From a candidate division WWE3 bacterium (GTDB lineage Bacteria > Patescibacteriota > 4484-211 > GCA-002791395), in NCBI GenBank assembly GCA_013335095.1, contig JAAXWF010000002.1:146516-203565 (forward strand): DNA of 57,050 bases. The letters are read 5' to 3'. The position numbers and the translations under genes are program-made. The first letter of the stretch is position 1; every line of letters starts with the position of its first letter. Shown here piece by piece: positions 19,424 to 26,550 of this stretch. The notes beneath the pieces are model-generated. The model was not told the origin of the DNA and ran no database searches. It saw nothing but the letters and a program-made list of their open reading frames with translations.

Positions 19424-20706
19424 ATACACAAGATAGTCACATTTTATCCACTTTTAAAAAGTTACAAGAAATACCAACGGTTCCATTTGCCCCAATGGCA
19501 ATGAAGTCATTCATATTATCCCAACTACCCAAGGAGTATGTGGACATTGAAGTTAATGATTACAGTATTATTGTTAGTCCAAAGGTTACACAAGCATCAC
19601 CTAAATTAATTGTAATGGCCCATATTGATCATCCTGGCATTATCTTAAAAAATAACCAAACAGGAATAATAATGGGAACGATGAAACTTAGACCAATACA
19701 AAATGGAAGCACAATACCAATTAAAGTATTTTCACCAACCGGTAACTTTATAACCAAAGGTGAAATTATACGTCGGTCCGGCAAAAACAGCCAAATGGTG
19801 CATATTCAAATACAAGATGGGCAACAGATTCCGAAAAATTCTCTAGCACAGTATGACATTGATTATTATTCCGAGGACGGAGACAAAGCGTATGTATATA
19901 ACGCTGACAATGGGATATCGGTGGCCATACTAATCGAAATAATCAAGAAATTCAAATCCTCGAAATGGGATGTTACATTTGTATTTACGTTGTTTGAAGA
20001 TGTGCATCAAGTAAGTTCGTGGTGGCTGGCCCATCATAATATTTTGCAACTAACTCAACAAGATTTAGTAGTAAACTTAGAGTGCCTTAAAATAAATAAT
20101 GTTAACGAAAGTAAATACCCTCGAGCAAACTACACCAATGGTGTTGTTCTCCAATTAAGTAACGCAGGTTGTCTATTTGGATATAAATCGACACAAGATA
20201 ATCAAGCCGAACAGTTAATTCGACAGATAGCCAAAATTAATTCAATACCGCTTCAAATTGGCATTATCAAAGATTCATGTGATAGTCGGCCGTTTACCGA
20301 ATTTAATTTGACCCCGAATATTGTAACGACTACGATACCTAACCAATTTAAGCACAATGAAAATGAGCTGGATGAAATTGTTCCCGAAGAAATATATAAA
20401 ATCGATATAACCAATCAGTACAGGCTAATCCAGCTACTTTTACACACGGATACAACAGAATTAAATAAAGCTTCCAAGATATCATCGATTACTCAAGAGA
20501 TAAAAAAGAAAAACGATGTTACGGATATTGCCGCGATGAAAAGAAAAAGTAGATTAAACAGACGTCTCGCTATCGCATATTTACCAGTTATTAAGCGTGG
20601 ATATTATTTTCCTCAATCAGTACATGATTATTTTCAGGATATCTTATGGAAATCTGTTTCGTACATTTCATACACATGGCGTAAGATATTTTTAGACGAT
20701 GAATAA
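19420..20706 (+). CDS. Putative M42/M20-like metallopeptidase-fold protein.
   Basis: The stretches VMAHIDHPGIILK and YNADNGISVAILIE resemble the AHMDEIG and DDRxG motifs of M42 aminopeptidases. The start overlaps the mraY stop codon (ATGA). The assignment is weak. Confidence 0.45.
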   Translation: MNTQDSHILSTFKKLQEIPTVPFAPMAMKSFILSQLPKEYVDIEVNDYSIIVSPKVTQASPKLIVMAHIDHPGIILKNNQTGIIMGTMKLRPIQNGSTIPIKVFSPTGNFITKGEIIRRSGKNSQMVHIQIQDGQQIPKNSLAQYDIDYYSEDGDKAYVYNADNGISVAILIEIIKKFKSSKWDVTFVFTLFEDVHQVSSWWLAHHNILQLTQQDLVVNLECLKINNVNESKYPRANYTNGVVLQLSNAGCLFGYKSTQDNQAEQLIRQIAKINSIPLQIGIIKDSCDSRPFTEFNLTPNIVTTTIPNQFKHNENELDEIVPEEIYKIDITNQYRLIQLLLHTDTTELNKASKISSITQEIKKKNDVTDIAAMKRKSRLNRRLAIAYLPVIKRGYYFPQSVHDYFQDILWKSVSYISYTWRKIFLDDE

Positions 20707-22435
20707 ACCAACAAGTGCTCAAAGATACAAGGGTACACATAGAAACGTTTTACTAGACCCGATAATGAACAATCGTTCATTACTTACAAGTATCGCTCTA
20801 TCTCTCTCTTTAGTTGCGCTTGCTACGATAATCAGTTACACAGCACCGTTTTATCAATCCTTTTTATCCAAGATGTACCCCAAAGATGAAAGCAGTGCCG
20901 CAACAGCAATCGATTTTTATACCTATCAATCGAGTTATTCACTTACCCGATCAAAACCGACTTCTAGTAGTGTATGGATCAATAATCAACAACAAGTAGC
21001 CTTAAATGCACAAACGACCTGGACCAAAAGTGTCTCACTAACCTTGGGGGATAATGCAGTTACGATTAGCTACAAAAATAGCTCTGGAACCCAAGTTTCA
21101 AGCGAAGTTCTTACGATACGCCGCAATGGTGAAGGTGATATTAACGGCGATGCATCAGTTAGTGTGTTTGACTTAGGGATACTCATCGGAAACTATAACC
21201 AATCAATAACGACGACATCTACCACAAATCAATTAATGAGCGATTGCAATAATGATCAATCAGTCAACGTATTTGACTTGGGAATTCTCGCCGCACAATA
21301 TGGACAATCGTATAGTTATCAGATTGTGAGTAATACGCCGACTCCAACTTCTAATCCCAAAACGCCCACCCCGACTTCGGGATCAACGACAAATAGCGCT
21401 GAGTATACGTATTCTTTTCAAGTATCACGAAATGTAACCAAAAACATTTATTACAACGATTTAACGTATATTGTGCATGTTGGTGAAGTCGGATCACCGG
21501 CGGTAACCGTAGGCACCGTCGCAGTTTCAAGTAATTATAATGCTCAGACAGGCGATCTAAAATTCACTACCGATAAAACTGGAACGGTAAATATTACCTT
21601 TAGTTCGTCGGGAACGACTAATGTAACGGTCAAGAAAGCGGCCTTAAAAGATGATCGAGGATGGGCATGGTCACATGGGATGGATGACAATGTAAATCTT
21701 TCTAACCAGATAAATGCAATTGCGGCCAAAGGTTGGAGAGCATCACTAATGCTTATTAGTAAAGATATTGATGAAACCCGACAAGAGGGTTGGATTATAG
21801 ACAAACCCGGATTACGCACCTTGGTTAATCAAGGATGGTCACTTGGGAATCATACCTGGGATCACAATTGCTCTGGTGGAAGTGCCAGTGAAATGAATGC
21901 AACGATTATTGATGGCTATAACAAATTAATGGAAATAGTGAACACCTCAAATCGTCCTTCATATAAAGTAATTACGTTTGCCGCTCCGTGTTTTATCTCG
22001 AATTATAATCCGTATATCGATGCAATGAGAAAAAATGGAACGACATCGGTGTTATTTAATGAGACGCAAGGAAATCCGCTGATGATTGTCGACGGAAGTG
22101 ATTATTCTAGTGGAGGAATGACGGCAGATTCAGTTAATTCAAATACAACTACAATTGGACGAGACACCACAATTGAGTCCGGTCCCGCAGATGCAATCTC
22201 CACGTTTGCCTGGATGTCGGCAAATAAAAATGCCAGTCGCCATTTTTGGTTCAATTCACTTACCCACGGAAACCAGGAGGACAATCTAACCCAGGTACTC
22301 AATAAAGCATATAGTTTGTATGGTCCTGGGGGAACAAATGAGATCTGGATGGCTCCGTCAGATGAGATTTACAGTTATTTAATGATAAAGGAAACGACCG
22401 AAATTAGTGGGGGAACTCTTACCAAAATAAATTAA
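20699..22435 (+). CDS. Membrane-anchored dockerin protein with a C-terminal polysaccharide deacetylase (NodB/CE4-like) domain.
   Basis: After a TM helix come dockerin repeats (DINGDASVSVFDLGILIGNY and DCNNDQSVNVFDLGILAAQY). The stretches SHGMDDN and LGNHTWDHN match CE4 metal-binding motifs. An alternative start exists at the ATG at 20765. Confidence 0.75.
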   Translation: MNKPTSAQRYKGTHRNVLLDPIMNNRSLLTSIALSLSLVALATIISYTAPFYQSFLSKMYPKDESSAATAIDFYTYQSSYSLTRSKPTSSSVWINNQQQVALNAQTTWTKSVSLTLGDNAVTISYKNSSGTQVSSEVLTIRRNGEGDINGDASVSVFDLGILIGNYNQSITTTSTTNQLMSDCNNDQSVNVFDLGILAAQYGQSYSYQIVSNTPTPTSNPKTPTPTSGSTTNSAEYTYSFQVSRNVTKNIYYNDLTYIVHVGEVGSPAVTVGTVAVSSNYNAQTGDLKFTTDKTGTVNITFSSSGTTNVTVKKAALKDDRGWAWSHGMDDNVNLSNQINAIAAKGWRASLMLISKDIDETRQEGWIIDKPGLRTLVNQGWSLGNHTWDHNCSGGSASEMNATIIDGYNKLMEIVNTSNRPSYKVITFAAPCFISNYNPYIDAMRKNGTTSVLFNETQGNPLMIVDGSDYSSGGMTADSVNSNTTTIGRDTTIESGPADAISTFAWMSANKNASRHFWFNSLTHGNQEDNLTQVLNKAYSLYGPGGTNEIWMAPSDEIYSYLMIKETTEISGGTLTKIN

Positions 22436-22487
22436 AAAAGAAGGGCCGGAACCTTGGGTAGAGAAACCTCTCCCAAAGCCCCGACCC
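22434..22487 (-). terminator. Long GC-rich hairpin plus T-run (read on the minus strand) after gene 22503..22826.
   Basis: The minus strand reads GGGTCGGGGCTTTGGGAGAGG-TTTC-TCTACCCAAGGTTCCGGCCC followed by TTCTTTTTT. The stem is imperfect and nested. Confidence 0.45.
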
Positions 22488-22502
22488 ACCGGCGATCATG
22501 TC

Positions 22503-22826
22503 CTACACCTCCTCGAACACTGGACGAACCCCGGTGAACCCGGGGAAGTGGTGGGGACGGAGATCCGAAATGACCTCCAATGCCGACCTTCCGTTCTGCC
22601 CTTTGAACTTGTAGAGGTTTGTGACCTCTGTCAGTGAGGCAAAAGTCGTAAAGCCAGCTTCCGACAGGGCAAATGCCCATTCAGCGGGGGTGAGTCGAAC
22701 TCCCGCCGCATGAGCTTGTTGGGCAACGCGATCAATGGCGTTAACGACACGATCACGGCCCAATTCGTTCACGGTGACTTTAACAGCCTCGAAGAGCACC
22801 TGTTTTTCAGCGGGAACGTCGGACAT
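22503..22826 (-). CDS. Hypothetical protein (107 aa) in a G+C-rich island.
   Basis: The ATG at 22826 has GAGGAGGGG 7 nt upstream. The ORF-track start at 22844 has poor SD spacing. I recognise no family. Confidence 0.55.
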   Translation of the reverse strand: MSDVPAEKQVLFEAVKVTVNELGRDRVVNAIDRVAQQAHAAGVRLTPAEWAFALSEAGFTTFASLTEVTNLYKFKGQNGRSALEVISDLRPHHFPGFTGVRPVFEEV

Positions 22827-22844
22827 CTGAACCCCTCCTCTCAT

Positions 22845-23066
22845 GGGGGAATGAAGGTCCCCCTCCTTGTTGTGTTCCGCAATCTCTCGCGGAACGCCTT
22901 AAGCCGACCGTTTAAGGCCGGCACCTCTTATCCGGGCCGTAAAAAGCACAAAGCATGCTTTTTACGGCCCAGACAAGCCATAAAAGGAGATCAGTGTAGG
23001 TTATTCGCTGGTATTTAAAGTACGCTACAGTTACCTGTAGTTAGTAAAACCTCTTAAGGGCTTTAC
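22845..23066 (-). promoter_or_regulatory. Long, highly structured 5' leader or candidate cis-regulatory RNA upstream of the 107-aa gene.
   Basis: Six consecutive hairpins were read from the sequence: 23043-23067 (AGTAAA/TTTACT), 23025-23040 (CTACAG/CTGTAG), 22934-22970 (a perfect 15-bp stem, GGGCCGTAAAAAGCA/TGCTTTTTACGGCCC), 22896-22918 (GCCTTAA/TTAAGGC), 22874-22895 (GTTCCGC/GCGGAAC) and 22845-22863 (GGGGGA/TCCCCC). The last hairpin lies about 12 nt upstream of the SD. Confidence 0.4.
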
Positions 23067-23073
23067 TGCCTCT

Positions 23074-23102
23074 ATTATACCGGAAAATTGGCCACAGAAC
23101 AA
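23074..23102 (-). promoter_or_regulatory. Sigma-70-like promoter: -35 TTGTTC, 17-nt spacer, -10 TATAAT.
   Basis: The reverse complement of 23097-23102 is TTGTTC and that of 23074-23079 is TATAAT. The promoter faces the structured leader and the 107-aa gene. Confidence 0.35.
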
Positions 23103-23140
23103 TTACTATAAGTCTTAAGTGGGCTCTACATCAATAAATA

Positions 23141-23217
23141 TGGTACCCCCGGCAGGGATCGAACCTGCGACCTAGAGCTTAGAAGTCTCCCGCTCTATCC
23201 AACTGAGCTACGGGGGC
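23141..23217 (-). tRNA. tRNA-Arg (anticodon TCT) with encoded CCA.
   Basis: I folded the cloverleaf by hand. The acceptor stem pairs GCCCCCG with CGGGGGT. The D arm is GCTC-AGTTGGATA-GAGC. The anticodon loop is CTTCTAA. The T arm is GCAGG-TTCGATC-CCTGC. Confidence 0.9.
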
Positions 23218-23312
23218 ACAATAGGTATATTTTAACAAATGCCCTCAAAAAATCGAAATATACCCTATGGCGACAATAGAAATTCAAGTATAGTACAATT
23301 TAAACACTCGAT

Positions 23313-24842
23313 ATGCAGTCATCAATTGACCCGCTGTCACCATCATCAACGTCAACGGCATATGACAATAAAAAGACCCTTTTTGGCCTGGCGGTAGGGT
23401 TAACCGTTATCACAATAGCGGGACTACTTACATTTACCGCTCCACTTAAAACAGCTTTGTTCCAATCACTGTACCCCAAACCTTTGTCGAGCGCAGCACA
23501 AACGGTATCGCTCCAACCAACATATTTAACAAAAGCTATCGTAAATCGGAGTAAACCGACCGAAACAGGCGTATGGGTAAACAATACGAATATGATTCCA
23601 GTAAACGCTTTATCAAATTGGAATGCAGAAGTAGATATACATCTTGGAAGTAATACATTGAATGTAAGCTACCGCAACCAAACAGGAACCGAAGTTGATA
23701 CTGAACTTCTCACCATAACCCGACACGGAGAAGCGGACATAAATGGAGATACAAAGGTTAACGTGTTTGATCTTGGAATTTTAATTGGAAAATACAATAC
23801 ATTAGTCCCGACAAATTCATCCGATACCAATCTACTCATGGCGGATATTAATTCGGACAAAAAGGTTGATGTATTTGACCTTGGAGTACTTTCAGGAAAA
23901 TATGATCAATCTTATTTATATCCAACAGCAATCCCAACTGTTACCGCCTCAATAACTCCGAGTATGGCAGGATTTGGAATAATGGGAGACAGTAGTTCGG
24001 ATGAATATAGTGCTGATGATAATCGTGGAGGAAGTTATGCCACAACGACACTCAACTGGAACGAACTTCTAACGAAATACCGTTCGATTAATTTCGGACC
24101 ACAAGGAAATCGATCCGAACCGCGCCGATCAGGATTTGAATACAATACCGCGCGGAGTGGAGCGACCACGTTTGATATGATCTCGACTGGCCAGCATACG
24201 ATCATGGCTAATCTGATAAAAACACATAAAGTCACTCAGGTATATTTAAGTATCGGAGCAAATGATTTTGCTTGGTATAACGGTAACTACGCCAAGTACT
24301 ACAACGGGGAATATTCAGGAGACTCACTAAAAAATCAAATCAATGCAATCGCACAAAATATTATTACTGCGGTAGATACAGTCCGTGCAGCGGGCGACGT
24401 ACGCATTATCGTGACAGATCTGATGGATACTGGCATCGTACCCGAAGTAGCAATACAATTCCCTGATCCAGCAAAACGTAAAAATATCACCGATGCAGTC
24501 GCGGCAATAAATGAAATACTTACAACGGCGATGAATGAACGAGAAATACCACTCATTAGCGTTAATTCATCATTTTACGGAAAACTTCTTTCGCGTATGA
24601 ATAGCCAAGGTCAAATAACAGTATCAGGGGAAATAATAAAAACACTAGAAAAAGGTAACGAACCACATTATGGCAGACTCGATGATGTCGCAGGCCACCT
24701 GGGAACTGTATTGTCGGGCATGTACGCCAACGAGTTATTTATAAACCCATTCTTTACCTATTATGGAATTACAATCGAGCCGTTTACCGACCAAGAATTA
24801 ATTAGCCACGCGGGAATAAATACTATAAGAACCTCGAACTAA
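23313..24842 (+). CDS. Membrane-anchored dockerin protein with a C-terminal SGNH/GDSL hydrolase domain.
   Basis: After a TM helix, the N-terminal domain is paralogous to that of 20699..22435. The dockerin repeats are DINGDTKVNVFDLGILIGKY and DINSDKKVDVFDLGVLSGKY. SGNH block I reads GIMGDSSSDEY and block III reads SIGANDF. Confidence 0.75.
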   Translation: MQSSIDPLSPSSTSTAYDNKKTLFGLAVGLTVITIAGLLTFTAPLKTALFQSLYPKPLSSAAQTVSLQPTYLTKAIVNRSKPTETGVWVNNTNMIPVNALSNWNAEVDIHLGSNTLNVSYRNQTGTEVDTELLTITRHGEADINGDTKVNVFDLGILIGKYNTLVPTNSSDTNLLMADINSDKKVDVFDLGVLSGKYDQSYLYPTAIPTVTASITPSMAGFGIMGDSSSDEYSADDNRGGSYATTTLNWNELLTKYRSINFGPQGNRSEPRRSGFEYNTARSGATTFDMISTGQHTIMANLIKTHKVTQVYLSIGANDFAWYNGNYAKYYNGEYSGDSLKNQINAIAQNIITAVDTVRAAGDVRIIVTDLMDTGIVPEVAIQFPDPAKRKNITDAVAAINEILTTAMNEREIPLISVNSSFYGKLLSRMNSQGQITVSGEIIKTLEKGNEPHYGRLDDVAGHLGTVLSGMYANELFINPFFTYYGITIEPFTDQELISHAGINTIRTSN

Positions 24843-24863
24843 CCATAATCTTTGAGTAAATTA

Positions 24864-25334
24864 CTACAGTGATGGAAAAAATGATTGGCGAAACAAGATA
24901 AAAATAATCATTGCTTGAAAAAAAAGTATCGCATATTCCTTCGACATAAATGACCATTTACGGATCTTATGTCTAAAGACGTGAGCGCCTATAAAAATCC
25001 CCAAAGATCCGCCCAAAAGGGAGATTATATGAAAAAATAATTCCGGTAAACGTCCAGCATTATCATAGGATGCCATTGATTTATCAAAACCAAATAGAGT
25101 AAACGTGGTTACATTCAGTGCCACTAGAAAGCCATATCCAACCGGAATTTGAGTATATTGATTTAAGATAAAGAGCAAGGCGGTTCCCAAAACTAATGCC
25201 ACGATCATATACCGTTGGACTAATCCACTTTTTGTTAAATATTTACGCTCATGATACTGACGCTTTTTATGTTCCTCATACGTATACCGATATTCTTTTT
25301 TCTCTGGTGATGTCTGTTCTACATGTTTTGGCAT
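24864..25334 (-). CDS. DUF1294-family membrane protein.
   Basis: The core reads FGFDKSMA...GRLPE...LLGGSLG...GAHVFRHKIRK, which matches the DUF1294 pattern. Confidence 0.65.
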   Translation of the reverse strand: MPKHVEQTSPEKKEYRYTYEEHKKRQYHERKYLTKSGLVQRYMIVALVLGTALLFILNQYTQIPVGYGFLVALNVTTFTLFGFDKSMASYDNAGRLPELFFHIISLLGGSLGIFIGAHVFRHKIRKWSFMSKEYAILFFQAMIIFILFRQSFFPSL

Positions 25335-25377
25335 TTCGTACTTAATATTACTATTCCACTGAAAGCACGCAAGATTA

Positions 25378-26493
25378 CTATTTACCGATTTCTCGGATAG
25401 AGGGTTTAGACATTTGGTATGGTATCCAAAATGCGATCTGTATTACAAAAACGACTAGAAACGCGTAGAAAAACTTCCAACCGGTAATGTTGTATACTGC
25501 TGGCCAAATTAAGTTTGTCGGAACATGACCAATAACAATCCAGTAAAAATCTGGAGTGCTAAAACCTCGTTCAAAATAACTTAAACCTTTGTCAGGGTTA
25601 TTGCTATAATCATTAAAATCGCTCGAAATTGTGTCTAACTCAGTGATGGGAAACAACTTTTTGTAATAGAACATACCTTCAAGTGAGTTGATTGGGGATC
25701 GACTATCTTGACCAATCTTTTTCCATGAATAAGGGTACTTCTTTTGAACAATCCGCTCAGCTCGATCAGGAAGAATCCCTCCACCAAAATCTTGTTCAGC
25801 AGGACCCACAATCCACGAACCCGTTGAAGTCGCGAGATAATACTGAGCATAGGGTAACTTTTTGTCGTACTGTTCACCCCATTCTAATAAAAAGTTGGCA
25901 TTACAGTCGTATAACACCAATCCTTTAAACGATCCATCCTCAGATAAAATACGGTGAGTAACACGAATAATCGGTTGATACGGTTGGATGAAATCATCAC
26001 CACTCCGTTTAAGTGTTAAAGGAAAGACCATGAACGCCGGAGCATTCACGCGCTTGTTATCTTGAAAATAAAACTCTTGATGGACATCAACTAATTGTTC
26101 AGTCGGAACCATAGTTAATTCATCCCCGACATGATCAAGTTTTAGGATTTGCTTACCAGTAGAATCAATTATAGTAACGTTATCATAAAAATCATGAGGG
26201 TGAACCGTTTGTTGTAAGTATGTAGCTGTATCTTTGATTTTTGCGTCTGAGGTCGTGTCTAAAAGCGTTAACACCGTTTGATCCTTGGCCATGATCAGGG
26301 AGTCGGCCATAAGAGATCGAAACGTATCTTGCAGCGTTGTACTGATGGAGGCGACTGCATCGGTAGTGACACGATTAGTTTTGACAGTTCGCCAAAATAA
26401 TTCACCAGCAAAAAAGATAACGATTGTAAAATAAATCAAGGTCCACGGAATCTTACGATAAAGTTTGGAACGAATCTTGGGCTTATTTGTCAC
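25378..26493 (-). CDS. Two-TM membrane protein with a Cache-like extracytoplasmic sensor domain and no output domain.
   Basis: TM helices sit at both ends, at about aa 17-35 and aa 335-358. The roughly 300-aa loop between them resembles the periplasmic sensor modules of kinases and chemoreceptors. The start codon is GTG. Confidence 0.45.
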   Translation of the reverse strand: MTNKPKIRSKLYRKIPWTLIYFTIVIFFAGELFWRTVKTNRVTTDAVASISTTLQDTFRSLMADSLIMAKDQTVLTLLDTTSDAKIKDTATYLQQTVHPHDFYDNVTIIDSTGKQILKLDHVGDELTMVPTEQLVDVHQEFYFQDNKRVNAPAFMVFPLTLKRSGDDFIQPYQPIIRVTHRILSEDGSFKGLVLYDCNANFLLEWGEQYDKKLPYAQYYLATSTGSWIVGPAEQDFGGGILPDRAERIVQKKYPYSWKKIGQDSRSPINSLEGMFYYKKLFPITELDTISSDFNDYSNNPDKGLSYFERGFSTPDFYWIVIGHVPTNLIWPAVYNITGWKFFYAFLVVFVIQIAFWIPYQMSKPSIREIGK

Positions 26494-26550
26494 AGTTCAT
26501 ATTGGTAAATTCTATATTACGATGAAAATCAAGCACTCGCAAGGACGCAC

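Noticed and set aside
22470-22500. I looked for a partial copy of the tRNA-Arg 3' end at the far side of the 107-aa cassette (CCACCGGCGATC versus CCCCGGCAGGGATC).
   Set aside because: The alignment needs a 3-nt gap and several mismatches. It is not distinguishable from chance in G+C-rich sequence.
22890-22925. GCCGGCCTTAAACGG in the structured leader is reminiscent of the CCGGCCUAAAC segment of c-di-GMP-I (GEMM-I) riboswitches.
   Set aside because: I could not find the other conserved GEMM-I elements (GCAAA-type tetraloop/receptor and the flanking P1/P2 consensus). The resemblance is too short to support the call.
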